Source: Halocafeteria seosinensis (taxonomy: Eukaryota). From it: a stretch of DNA of 56,060 nucleotides. The stretch lies in assembly GCA_001687465.1 (NCBI GenBank), contig LVLI01000362.1, forward strand, positions 1-56,060. Direction: 5' to 3'. Below, in pieces: positions 21,725 to 35,381 of this stretch (positions are counted from its first letter, which is position 1; every line of letters begins with the position of its first letter). The notes under the pieces were generated by a model. That model ran no database searches and had not been told where the DNA came from. It was given only the letters and a program-made list of their open reading frames with translations. A program made the translations under genes and the position numbers.

Positions 21725-24700
21725 ATGACCGAGGGGAAGCTCAGGGGGCAAGGGAACAAGTCCTTGTTCGCCGCATTACTCGTGTTCTGCACGTTTATAG
21801 CACTCGATAGGATTCCTTTTGCCTCAGGTGCATGTTCAAACAGGTGGATCGTCAACGGCTGGTTCTGGGGGTGTGCCGTGGGCTTTCGGTATACTGGGAG
21901 TTCATGTTGTCAATGCTCGGTACGTAGTGGTCTTCTTGTTGTTTTCCCATGATTCATAGAATAGAAGCAAACACTCTTTCTTGATTGCAGCCAGGAGAAT
22001 TCCAGGATACCCGGACGGTAGGGTCGTTTCACAACCAGAGATCTTGCAAGCGCTGTACCCCTGGGAGATTCCAGAACGTTTGGGAAACGACTGAATGTAT
22101 TGCATGTAGCGCAGGCAAGTTTTCTTCAAGTCGCGCGACATCATGTTCGAACTGCGCTCCGGGGCAATTTCAAGGTTCGGTAGGACAAAGCAGTTGTAAG
22201 AATTGCGGTGCTGGCTACCACGCATCGGAATGGGGCCAGTCGAGTTGCGCAAAGTGCGCGGCAGGACGGTTTGCAGGGAGCAAATCGAGTGATTGTAAGA
22301 GATGCGGCGCCGGCCGATGGTCTAGTGATGGCTCTAGTGGCTGCGCAACCTGCAATGCGGGGAAATTTGCCGAGGGAACCGGGAACCCCTCCTGTTCCTC
22401 GTGCCCCGAAGGGCGATTCCAAAACAGCAAAGGACAGGCATCCTGTAAGGAGTGCCCCGCTGGTCAATTCCAAGGAAGTAGAGGGGCATCTGGATGTAGC
22501 TCTGCACCGGCTGGAAAATATGCCATTGCAGGAGCCACGACTCCCATCAATTGCCCCCCGGGAAAATACTCATCTGGATCTGGAGCCAAGACCAGCAACT
22601 GCGATGGTAATTGCAATGCTGGCACTTACTGTGCAGGAACGGGGAATAAATCTCCGGTTGGAAATTCCTGTCCTGCTGGAAAGTATGGAAGAGCAGGCGA
22701 GTCAGATCCTCAGTGCACTGGCCCCTGCACAGCGGGATTTTACTGTCCGGCTGGAACTGGGATCAACTCGATGAGGCCTTGCGGATCAGTGACAAAGTAT
22801 TGCGAAGAAGGACGGCCATCTCCGCAGACTGTTAACTCAGGTTACTATACCACTCCCGAGAATGTTCCTGAAGACAAACGAGAGGGGCAGACAAAATGTC
22901 CTGTGGGGCATTATTGTACCGGCGGCAGAAAGTTTTCATGTCCTGCGGGCCGCTTTGGCTCCAAGGAAGCGGAAACATCATCATCTTGTGAAGGAGCATG
23001 CTTTGACGGCTTCTTATGTGAATCGGGAAGCTCCTCTCCACGTGATCAGCTTTGCTCCAATGGAGATCCTAGGTTTTATTGTGAAAAAGGGGTACGAAAG
23101 CAGTGCCCGCAAGGTAGCTATACGACACCTGAAGATCCTGATACTTCTACGCGAAGTGGATGCGAACCGTGCCCTGGCCCCGAGTGGAGCTGCATCAACG
23201 GAATTCGCTCAGAGAAGACAAAATGGGTGGATGACTTCTGCAAAGCAAACAGTGAAAGGGTCTTGTTCGTGGAAGAAGTCGTAGAACCCCCTTCATCGGG
23301 AGTGAATTTGAACGGGATTATTCATTTGGAGGTTCGTGCTCCATGGGATGACATTGACTATTCCGTAACAAGCGTGAAACAGAATGGCCGTGATCGCGCC
23401 GGGGCAACATGCGATCAGGTGATGGAGACGTCACCCTTCGAAATGCGGGAATGTAAGGAACCTTCGATTCATGGTGGTTTATGGTATGTGTTCACACTTC
23501 TGCATTTGTGTTTCTTGTTGCAGTTGCCGGTGATTCTTTCTTTGAGGGAATACCTCAAAAGAAAGCCGAGCTGCAGGTCGGCGCTGGAAAGACCCTGAAA
23601 TTTTCAACCTGTGACAAGTTTGAAGTTGAAATCGCAACGATTGTCACGGAAGAAGGTGGGGAGCAACTAACTAAGACCTGTACAATGGACGTCGTTGTAC
23701 AACATAAAAACTCTCCACCGGAGAAAGTCGAAGGCGTTCCGGAAGTAATCGAAATTGACACTATGAGTAATAAGGCTTTTGGAGAACCGATTGGTGAAGA
23801 AGTATCGAAGTCGTTCACGGATCCAGATGGTGATGAGCTTTCGTTCCGCATTGTGGATGAATCAGGTGACCCCATCACTGAGGAAAACCAGCCGTTTGCA
23901 TTGGGTGTTTGCAGCGGGCAGTTTTCGGTGTCTAACGCAGCAGTTCTTAGCGAGATGCCAGGAGAAGAAGTGACTATTTGGGTCCTAGTTAGCGACAATT
24001 TTCCGGGAAGCCCGGAGGAGCTTATGCAGAAGGTGAAAATATCTATCAGGCAGCCTAACCGCCCGCCAGTGGTTCAGGAAAACTTACCAGAGTTATTTGT
24101 CGTCGAGAGAACCAGCAATGGCGTGCAAGTCGGTACCGTAGCTGACGAAGATGGGCCTAAAACAGTACTAATACACAGTAGTTTTGTAGTTGATCCTGAC
24201 GGGGATACTCTGACAGTGGAGCTCCGACCGTGCCAAACAGAAACGTATTGTGATGCATTTGAATTGACTCCTGAAGGAGTGCTGACGGTTAAAAACAATG
24301 CCTTTCTGGATTTCGATGCCCCTCAAGATATTCCCCGATTTGTTCGTGTCTTTTACTCCGACGGAATCGCTGCTCCTGTGGAAGGATTTATTTCCCTTGA
24401 GGTTCAACAACTTCGCCGAGCTCCTGTGGTCACGACACTGTCTTTTACCATCGAGGAAACAGCCACAGGAAGTATCGGGAATCTGAAAGCAGAAGACGAA
24501 AACGGGGATGGATTCGTCTTTTCATTTGATCGCGTGGAAAACAACCTGTTGACATCTGAAGATAGAATCACTTTAAGTGAGGGTGGAGAGTTGTCTATCG
24601 TACCCGGCTCGTCATTTACAAGCATAAAGTGTGGAGAAGGATGCACAAATTGCGCACCGCATGATACCAAAATTACATTCAAGGGTGTAACGGCTACCAT

Positions 24701-27700
24701 CACTGAAGAGGGTCGTACGGACGATTTCCCCGGGCCCACGGAGAGCGCTCCCGTGGATGTGATTATTTCAATAACCGTAGTGAATGAAGCTCCGGTGTTT
24801 TTGGAGCCTGAAGAAGATATCGTCATGAACGAACTCTCTGCCGGAAGGATCGAGGATATTTCCAAATACTTTTGTGACCGAGAAGAAAACCGAATGTTTT
24901 ACGAGCTTATCTCCCCAACAACTGGAGAGTTTGGGAAACATTTTGCAGTAGGTGGTGTTTCTGGAGTACTGGAAGTTAGAGGAGGGTATCATCTGGACTA
25001 TGAAAACGAGCAAGAACATCAAATTACTGTTAAGGTAGAAGACAACGGCTCGCCCTCGCGATCTAATACAAAGACATTCACAGTCCATGTTATTGATGTT
25101 CCGGAGTCACCTCAGTTGGTTGAAACACTAATTCAGATAAATGAAACGACACGGAACTCAAATGGCGCACAGGGGCAGTTAGACGCCGTTGATCCGGATG
25201 TCCTTGCCGGTACAGGAAGGTATTCCTCGCAACCCTCGCAGTTCAAGTTCTTCCAGACTTCCCACCACTCCGAAGTCGAAGTCTCAGAGTCTGGGGCGGT
25301 CTTAGTAGCGAAGAACCATGAACCAGACTACGAGAGCATGTTCCCTGACGTGGAATTTGAAGTTGGTATAATTGTCAATGATTTTGTAAACCAGGTGAAC
25401 TCAACAGGATCGGTGAAAGTGAGAATTATGGACATTGCCGAGCCTCCCAAATTCTCCCCAGAGAACCAGGACTTCAATCTGCCTCATTATGCTGATAGAG
25501 GCGCCGAAGCTGGTGTAATCAAAGCTACGGATCAGGATTTCGAGGATGCCCTCTTGTTTACAATGGTATCAGGTCCAGAGTTTCTTGAACTAACATCAAC
25601 CGGGAGGATTTTGCTAAACAGTTCTACCGTGGAGCTCAATGATAAGGACGTGTTTTCACTGACAGTTACGGTAACCGATCTCACTGGTTTGAGCGATACT
25701 TCCTCTCAGATCGATGTCGTTATCAACGATCCTCCAGCTCCTCCTTTTTGGGGTGACAACTCTCCAGAGTTCAAGACACATCAAACCCAATTTGTTTCGA
25801 TAGAGGAGCATCACGTAGGAACTTTCGATGGATTCCTCCCTCACTGTATCGATGCCAATCAAAACCCATTGCAATATCAAATCCTTCAGTCGACTCCACA
25901 ATCCTTTGAGGACATCCTAAGAATCAATCGGGATACCGGGAAGCTTGAAGTTCTGTCGTCGGAAAAGCTGGACTTTGAGAGTCTCGATCAACCTAATGGC
26001 ACCTTTCTGATCGCATGTGTCGACTCTTTTGGTCTTCGCGTGAATGGCACTTTAACTATCCTCGTAAATGACGTGAATGAGGCACCGCAATTCAATAAAT
26101 TGCCGGAGGCAAATACGATTTCAGTGCGGGAAGACGTAGGGCTCGAAGAGGTACTTGACACTGTGAATGCTACTGATGTCGATGACAGCTCGCGGTCTCA
26201 ACTGTCTTTCTCGATTACGCTAAAGGGAGGTGGGTCCACTTCACCCTTGAGGCTCAGTGCGGCACGATTCAACGAGAATGGCCACGAAGGTGTCGTTGAC
26301 CTCCTCACGAATGCAGAAGTGGATTTCTTTGAGCGGAAGGAGTACGAGTTCCAAGTGGAAGTGGAAGACGAGAGTGGTTTGAAAGACACGACTAGTATCA
26401 AACTTCTTATCGAGCATGTCAACGAGGCGCCTGTTTTTGACAGCGACACTTTCCATTTGCAAGTCTCTGAGGATATTACTAGCAGTAAGACTATAGCCAC
26501 TGGCTTCCCATTCTCTGATAGAGATATCCCCGCAGGGGACAGGCACGCGTTTAAAGTTGTCTGGACTGATGTCCCCGGCTTGTTCGAATTCCGGGGAGAG
26601 GAACTACGGTTGGTAAGTGGGAAGAGTGTGGACTACGAGCAGCAGAGGCTGCATGAGCTACAAGTCACAGTCACAGACAGTGAAGGATTGGCGGATACGG
26701 CCAACATTACTGTTGACGTTCTGAACGTAAATGATCTCCGCATTGACGAGTCCATATGGGAACCCCATGATACTACCGGAGGGTCAAATGTTTCATTTTT
26801 GGGAGCAAATCTTGGCTCCGTGTGGAATGAGGCAAATATTTCGGCTACCCTAGCATCTCCTGACAAACATGTACTCGTCCACAGTACGTGCTCTCGGCGA
26901 AAAGAGGGAGAAGGCTGGAGCAATATTGAATTGGTATGCTCGGTTCCCCCCGGGATAGGAACAGGACTCATATGGAATATCCAGATCGATGGTGATGAAT
27001 ACCTTGGAGAGTCTCCGGTCACTTCATACGCCGGTCCAGTAATTGAAGACATCCCACGTACTGAATGGCCTTCCCCTGCCACAACCGAAGGAGGGCAGCA
27101 GTTCGTTTTGCGGGGTAGGGGTTTTGGTCCCGTGCAGTTACGTCGTGTTGATGGGACGACCTATGCATCGCCGGTGCGCGTATCGTACCGAACAAAAGAA
27201 ATTTCAGGGAGGATACTACTAGAGGCTGTCTCGTGCTCTGTGCAGAGCGACAGCGAGGTAGCTTGTATGACGGCGGAGGGTGTCGGAAACGACTTCGAGT
27301 TTCGACTTGAACTTGGGATGGCCGACAGTGACTGGCTGCAGGCAACTGAGTGGACTAGTCCCGCTAATTCAATTACCGTTGGCTACAATTCCCCCGTTAT
27401 CAATTCCGTAAGGTCCCTTACAGGTATATTGCCAACCACCGGCAGTTCGGGAAGCGTTGGATTGCATGGTCTGTATTTTGGAAACTCGATACAGCATATT
27501 AGCTCGATCATTGCTAACGGGGATTTCGAGTTCTCCGCCATGTGTGAAACCCTGTTTAACCATTCGTATATAGTTTGCCACTTACCCGAAGGAGCCGGTC
27601 TAGGTTACCAGTGGGTCATTACCGTTGCCGGACAAGATTCTGAGCCTAGCGCTGATACCCTATCTTACGATCCTCCTGTTCTAGACGAGGTACTCGATGT

Positions 27701-30700
27701 GGCCAATAGAGTCCCAACCGATATGGACACTGAAGGCAACCAAATCGTGAAACTGACTGGCAAGAACTTTGGGGCGGAGGCGACGTTGAGTACGATATTC
27801 GTAAAGTACGGGATTAACGAGGAAATTGAAGCAAAGGACTGCGAGATTGTCGACCCTCATTTTGTGGTGCGATGTATCACGTCACCAGGAGTAGGGAAAG
27901 ATCATTCGTGGATGATCGCTGTGGGTTCTCAGGATTCCAACACCCTTGCCAACCTCACCAACTACCACCCACCTGTGGTGGCTACATACCGTCGACCGGA
28001 ACGTCCTGGTATCGGAATCAATGATTTGAAAACTGAAGGAGACGAAGTAGTTGTCCTCGGCGGAAATCACTTCGGCCCTCCTAACACAGTGGTCCAAAGG
28101 GCGACCTATGGTTCTGGTAATGATTCCTTTGTCGCCACTTCATGCCAAGTCATAGACTTCGAGACGATAACCTGCAAAACGATACCTGGAGCCGGCTCCA
28201 GGCACATTTGGTCGGTAGTAATCGGTGATCAAGAGTCAATTCTTTCTACCACATCGTACAAGTCCCCGGAGATAACTGCGTTTGAGGGAGTTAGTGGGTC
28301 TGATCCACAGTCTCTGCACACAGAAGGCGGACAATTGATTGATATCATTGGTAAGAACTTTGGACCTATGGCGGACGATACCGAGTCTTTCCTCGACTCA
28401 ATCAGTTTCGGTGCTAGCGGTGTTGAACACACTGTGAGAGGCTGCGAAGTAAGATCTCATACTCGAATACGATGCCCCACCTTGCGAGGGTTTGGTCAGC
28501 TTCATCGATGGATCGTTATCATTGGTGGTCAAGCAAGTATGCCGAGCACAGCTACAACGTCGTATGCACCACCACGTGTCGTATCCGTGTCTCCAAACAG
28601 TGGAAAGACGGGACCGAAGGGTTCGACTGCTGAAGTAGTTGTAGAAGGGACCGACTTGGGTACGAATCTGCTGGGTGACGCCACGATAATCGTTCATGTG
28701 GATAACGAAGGTAAACTAAACAGACTCAATGAACAAGGACGCATTGTGAGGAAGAACGAAACGCTCACGCGTTTCCTGACTCTTCAGCAACAAGACCCTT
28801 CGGGCATTGGAAGCGCCATGATAGAACATGACCTGCCTGCTGATGCTATCAATGAGTGGCTGAATGCATTAACAAAGATTGTGCTCAGCAGTGACAATCT
28901 AGAACAGGGTGTAGATGGAGACAGTCGCTTACATAGATGGAAATTCATGATGCCTGAAGGGTTTGGTGTATCCAGGGCTATATTCCTTCAAGTAGGGGAA
29001 ACGTTTTCACTTCACCAATGGTTCGACTATGAGGGGCCGGTTATTGTGAATGTTGCCCCAAGCCTTCCTATCAGAGGGCGTAACGTGATGAGAGTGGTAA
29101 TTGATGGGCATAACTTTTGCGGTGGGAGCTCATGCATATCCAACGACTGTTGTGGTAAACTAATTATTGACGGTCAGATCTTGGACGTCAGCAGCAACGC
29201 GTACAACCACCAGCAAATCGTCGCCTTCGTTGAAGCAGGTAATGATGAGAGGACTCTCTTGCTCAGGGTTCTGGACCACCCTGATCTGTCTGAAACATTT
29301 GAATTCCGCCAAGTTGCCCCCTCGATTTCAAATCAAGAAGCGTTTATTGTCTGGCCTCCTTTCGATACCTCTGGTGTTCAGCGTGTAACATTTTTCGACG
29401 CCTCAGGAGTTACAAGCAGTGCTGGCAATGATTCGCAAATCGTTGTGACGATTAATGATCGACCCTGTACTGATATGCGCATTGACAGCACTAGAACAGA
29501 TGGACCAGTTACATTCGCTAACTTTAGCTGTAAAGTTCCTCCAAACGTGGGTCATGACCTCCCTGTCTCCGTGGAAGTTGATGGAGTAAGATCGCCTAAT
29601 GGTGAAGTGGAGATAGACTACGCTGGCCCCACGATTTGCTTTGTGACCACCGGTGATGGCAACATTCTTTTGTATAAATCGGATGATCGTCCCCTGAGGT
29701 GTGACACCGATTTCCCTGCATTGAAGGACAAGATAGTGTCTGTCGAGGTTGGGATTCCCACTGCGGGTGCCAACATAACTGTTCACGGATTTAATCTGGG
29801 GTCGTCTGAGCTTCCACCAGAAGATGTAGATGGGACAATATCCATCGAGCACACGAAACAGGTCGGTATTAGCCCTTTTGTACACACACACAGCTACGCA
29901 ATTTTCCCGATCCCCCCTGGAGCAGGCGGTGCCTTAGGCAATGGGAGACGAATGAGAGGCCGGCAGCTAACGTCCGGAGAAGCTGTTGAGGTAGAATTCC
30001 ACCAAGCTGAGCTGCCATTCGACGGGAGCAAAGTATCCTTTACATACAGCTACAACCGTCCCACTATAGAACGGGTATCCCCAGAGTTATTGCCAACTGA
30101 AGCTTCCCCGAATGGTAGATTCTACATTTTCGGCACAGATTTCGGACCATCTCCATCTCCTGCTTTTGAACCAGAAGTTATTGTTACTATTGGTGAAAAA
30201 CCTTGCGAAGTTTTGACCTCAAATCAAACGGTAATTGTGTGCATTCCTCCTTCTGGGCAAGGTGAAGACGTACCAGTCTTCTTATCAGTGGAAGAGCAAG
30301 AGGCAGACGGCACAACAGTGGATTTCCATCGAGCAGTGCTGACATCCATCAGCCCACCCGAGTGTCCGACAAGTGGCTTAGATGTGGACGGCAACGTTGT
30401 TAACATGACGATCAGGGGAACTAATTTTGGTATTTCGGGCCGTGTCGAAATCAGTACACCAGGAATTGAGGCTAGTGGGGCCGTTTTTACGCACTCTGAG
30501 GTGACATTTCCATGCCCAGAGGGTTTTGGTGAAAATCTCCAGGTTAGTTTACTGGTTCATGGATGGGAATTGACGGACTTTGGTTCGCTTGGGTCAGTGA
30601 ATAGTCTTTCATATTCTTACGAATCGCCAGTAGTTACCGGACTACGGCGTACAGAGACAAAGGAGAACAATTTTGAAGAATTTACTGAGGATGACTGTGA

Positions 30701-33482
30701 GCCTCGGCCTCAGTGCAGGCAGGGTGTCAATGACGAACAATTTTGTATTGACATTTATCCAACATGTTTTCCGACTACTGGAGAAGTTCCGTTGATGGTA
30801 TACGGACGTAACTTTGCAAGCAGTAAGTTTAATGTTATCCCGGAAGTAACGATCGGTGACCTGTCGTGTACAATTGAGGTATCGATGATATCCGAGCATA
30901 AGCACAACTCGTTAGTGTGTAAGTTGTCACCTGGCGTTGGCAAGGATCTTGATGTTCAAGTAATGATTTCTGGAAGGCCCTCTAATGTTGCCGAAAGTAT
31001 CTTTGCGTATGATCCGCCCCGCATTGACGCTGTAATGCCAAACACGCCCGACGCTGAGGGAGATTTCTTGCTCTTCCGTGGGGCAAATTTCGGTCCTAAA
31101 GGAGGACCTATAAGTATACTCATAGGAGGTCTGGAGTGCCGTAATCCTTTTGTTAGAGACCATGATACCATTGAGTGCAGCACAGCTGCTGATGTTGTTG
31201 GCCCCAAGAGCATTGACCTAACAGTTGCCAGTCGCGCCAACATTACTTTCCCCTCTTGGATGGAGCAAATAGTTACGCGCTGCAGTCCGGATTGGTATGG
31301 TCTTCAGGGTGAAGAATGTCTGTTTTGTCCTGATGAGGCCAGAGGAGCGATCTGCCCCGGTGGAGAGAGACACATTGATCTCATATATTCTGAAGAAGGA
31401 TGGTGGAGGATCGACGAAACGGAACCTTTTGAAAGATGTCATAAGAAGCGCCGGGAAACAAGAGAGGAATGCCCAACTTTTCTACCGTGCGAACCGAAGT
31501 GGGCTTGCACAGGGAACAACACGTGTGCCGATGGCTATCGTGGCTCGCGATGTAGCGACTGCGTAGAGGGCTCCTATTTCCGAATAAATGGAGAATGCCA
31601 AAAGTGTCCGAACAACGCGTGGCTTTTGGGTGTCGGTATAGCTGTTGCCGCCATTGGCGGTGCCGTTGGCGGTTATATCATTAACACGAAAAACATTCAA
31701 CTGGCTGCCTTCACGATCGGCATTGACTACTTCCAGGTGCTGGCAATGTTTGCTAGAACCAGAGTACAGTGGCCAGCGGTTATGGAGGAGACGCTGAAGA
31801 TACTCTCCTTCTTTAATTTCAACTTAGAACTTGCAGCTCCTGAGTGCTACCTCAGCCCAGCTCCCCCGTTCGAACTTAAATGGATGGCTACGATGGGTCT
31901 ACCGCTTGCATGCTTGGTTCTCCTTGGCTTTGTTTACTTGGTCCACTACATGTACAATTTGCTGGTACTCAAACTCCCTGCCAAGAAGAGACATGGACAT
32001 TTGAACGCTCTAATCGCGACGTTTTTGATTGTGTTCTATATCCTATACCTGTTTCTGACTCGCATGACGTTGGATGTGTTCAACTGTACTCCCTCTGATC
32101 CACCCGATGGAAACCTGTACATGTCTGGCATGACCGATATGATATGTTTCGAAACACCGGTTCACGTCAATCTACTGTTACCACTGGCCTCGATAACTTT
32201 GGTCATCTACGTGGCAGCATTCCCGATTCTCTCTTATGGGTTGCTGAAGAAAAACAAAGAACGAGTAAAGCACGACCAGATCCTGCGAGCTCACAAAGCG
32301 GGATGGTCAAGGCTGACAAATCCAAATTATGACTTCCGTAAGAGGTTTCAGCGTCTGTATTACTTGTTCAAACCAGGCAAATGGTATTGGATCATCCTCA
32401 TTCTGATGAGAAAATTCTTGATAGCTCTAACGTCGTTGATGTTCCGAGCAACCCCTTCCTACCAATTGGCAATGTCTCTGTTGGTAATTTTTGCCGCATA
32501 TGCCATGCAAGTCAAACATGAGCCTTACTTAAGCCCTAAGGATTATCAGTTGATCGTAAACGATCATATGGACAAAGTGGCTGCTGGTGATAAGCTGCAC
32601 ATGAGGATTCAATCCATTATGACTGAGACTAAGAATAAAAATTCAAAGGAGGCAAAGCGATCCGGGGGCTGGAATGAGGCATCTGCTGCACAAGCCTCTA
32701 AGCCAGAGAAGAGCATGCCACCCACAGGTTTTGTTGCGAACATTCTCATGAACTACAACACAGTCGAAACCATCCTACTTGGCTGTGCTATTTTAGTGAA
32801 TTTGGCAGGTATCATGTTCCTATCAGGAAGGTTCCAAGGGGATCAACGGCAGTTTAATGAGGAGGAGTTTGAACTCTTGGGCGTGTTGACCATGGTTGTC
32901 GTAATCATCAGTTGCATTTACTTCTTTTGTGTATTTGGATTCGAGCTGTTGAATACGTTTGCCCCCACACATGGTGTGAACTGTCTGAAACTGATTAGTT
33001 GTGGAAAGGCTCACAAAAAACCACTTGGTGCCGCCTCTACACGGTCGATGTCGGATCCGATTGAACTGTCGATGCCCAACATGGCAACAAAGTTTAATCC
33101 TCTACTGTCTCGAAGAATGTTAGATACTACCGATTCCAAGGAAGCGACTGACAATGACTCAGAAAAAGAGAAACTGAAAGAAGATCTCCGTGTGGCCCTG
33201 GAAGAGCTTCGGGAACTGAAGAAGGAGAAGCACCGTGAGTCTTTGGACAAGACGGTGAGGGCGTCGATCTATCAAAAGAAAACAGCAAGAAAGCAGCAAT
33301 ATGGACAGTACGTCGTGAGTCCACGGGGAAGGAGCCAGAGAGGCCTTTCATCGAGGAGCTTAAGCCGAAAAGGCTCCGAAGAAGGCAAAGGCTCGTCGAG
33401 CAACTTGCTAGGTGATAGTGAGGATACCGAGGAGGCAGTCGTTAGTGGCTCTTCTCCGATGCATCCCGAATCTGATGCCTAG
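21725..33482 (+). CDS. Giant cell-surface protein, about 3871 aa: signal peptide, Cys-rich GCC2/ephrin-receptor-like repeats, cadherin repeats, IPT/TIG repeats, Cys-rich segment, nine TM helices, coiled-coil tail (nonagonal-cadherin-like)
   Basis: Exons 21725-21919, 21991-23452 and 23524-33482 join in frame (phases 0 and 1). CxxCxAGxF repeats; cadherin motifs DPDGD, ATDQD, ATDVD, LDYE/LDFE, DVNEAP; IPT motifs T.GG / G.NFG; nine hydrophobic segments near the C-terminus. Confidence 0.85.
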
Positions 33483-34041
33483 ATTGTAAATTGTTTTTGT
33501 ATGTCTTGTATTTGAAACTTTTGTATTTGACTCTATTGTATACGACTAATATGTATATTTGTATATCTACGAAGACCATTAGCTACCGTACTCTCAAATT
33601 TAGTTCGGATTGTGCATTTTCTTCAACAGCCTTGCAATAAAGGGACGGTTGTCACTACGCTAAACTATGAGTGAAGTAACCACCGTGCGTCCTAGATCCT
33701 CCAGTCCAACGTTACAGGGTGCTCAACGACCTCATACAGTAGCCACCAACAAAATGATTGGTTGGTTGGCTGAGACATGAGATCACAAAAAATACACCAC
33801 TCCCACTTTTCCTCCACGATCCACCACCAGAAATTTGTCGGCTGTCTATGCAATAGAGTACTCTTGGCCGTCAAGAAAACTACGGTTGAAAGTTCCCAAA
33901 GGGTAGAAAGGTGAACAAACTAAAAAAATCCATCCATCCTATCCACCATTCTAGCAAATGATGAAAGCGGATGCATGTATCCATTCCAAACAATTCATCA
34001 TCATTATCTTGTATCGTATGTCCGGGGGCAAACAAGAGGAT

Positions 34042-34311
34042 TTACCCACTTTTGAAGAGCAAGATAGCGATTTGGCCCAGGTAAAAGTAGATGAAGTTTT
34101 TGGTCTCATGCGTGACATACGACCCGAAATTGCGTCCCACAACACAATGCCATGTAGGGCTGTATTTTCGGTCAAATTCCTTCTTTATAAAGGCTGCAAT
34201 CTCTTTTTCCACGTTGAATTTTTCCAAAGCTGCCGACGCGCAATCAATGGCATCCTGCTGCATGTCCTCAGACATGTCAGCATTCTTCACTACAGCTTTA
34301 CGCTCAGCCAT
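34042..34311 (-). CDS. DYNLL1: Dynein light chain LC8, 89 aa
   Basis: [25 protein letters not shown]...[38 protein letters not shown], near-invariant LC8 sequence. ATG is directly preceded by cag, suggesting a 5'UTR intron. Confidence 0.97.
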   Translation of the reverse strand: MAERKAVVKNADMSEDMQQDAIDCASAALEKFNVEKEIAAFIKKEFDRKYSPTWHCVVGRNFGSYVTHETKNFIYFYLGQIAILLFKSG

Positions 34312-34882
34312 CTGCGCACACGAAATACACCCATTATACAGCAGTAAATGAGCAAAAAGAATTCCAGAGCGTTTAACGGCCCAAGGGGTCGTCGAATCTA
34401 TAAAATAGGGGAGCCCAAAGGGACACTCAAAACTACAAAAAAGGTCCAGTATCTTTTTCCTTTTTTCCCCCCTATTGGAGAGACATACCTTGTTTGAAAA
34501 GGCCCTAGATGATGTGTATACAAGACAAAATGATGTACTAGTTCTTGCTGTATATGTCTCTAGAACACTGCGTTCCTCACACGAGGTAGAATCTACAATT
34601 CTCAAAATCTTATAGCAATTAGTCTTTTCATTGGCCTATGCAATGACGGAGGCGCGCCATTATTCTCTCGGATGGCGGCGCATACATGGAGCTATTCATA
34701 CACAGCAGCAGGTAGTCAAGACGTTTGATTGAATGAGTTTGTGTGTGTGTGTGTGTATCTATCTTTGTGTTTGTTTGGGGTGGCTGTCTTCCTTTAGGAA
34801 GTCCAAGGAAGAAAGCAAGAGGCTTCAAAACACCATACCGTGCAGTGTAATGACTAGTTAGACATATAACATGATGCTTTTC

Positions 34883-35381
34883 TTAAATCCTAGAGGGATA
34901 CAACATCACGCGTACTCTAGCTCCCATAGCCTGAGGGGGTAAATTGCGCTGGAAGCGAGCACGGACAGCTCCACGAGAACCATGAGGTCGGACAATGCGG
35001 CCCCAAATGGTACGGAATTGACTGCCATCCTTGTTGTTCGAAGATCTGGTTCGGTAGATGTATACGACGCGCTTGCCCATGTAGAATTTGGCGGAATCCT
35101 TATCGTTCACGTTTTCTAATCTCAGTAAACTCGTGTTGGGGTTCTGGTTCCTCAATCCACTGCATTCAGCATAGTATATCTACATGTTATACGGGCTGAG
35201 AGCGTATCCAAAAGATAACAAAGCAAGACATACCGCTTAAATCCGACGAATGCACCTCGAACGTACAGACTGCAAATGAAATGCAATGAACACATAAGCA
35301 TATGAAGGTTTAGGCAGGCTACAAACTCATCCAGTCAATCACCACATACCGAGGGCTCTGTCCTTTAGCTACGGCCACCAT
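34883..35381 (-). CDS. RPL35A: 60S ribosomal protein L35a (eL33), 3 exons
   Basis: MVAVAKGQSPR|LYVRGAFVGFKR|GLRNQNPNTSLLRLE..FYMGKRVVYIY..IWGRIVRPHGSRGAVRARFQRNLPPQAMGARVRVMLYPSRI. Confidence 0.96.

Noticed and set aside
23555..33351. Numerous antisense ORFs within the giant gene (and likewise within NOP14 and other long CDSs)
   Set aside because: Shadow ORFs of real coding sequence; no independent motifs.
34312..34605. N-terminal extension of the LC8 ORF (187 aa in the track)
   Set aside because: Non-ATG start and intron/UTR-like sequence; canonical LC8 starts at ATG 34311.
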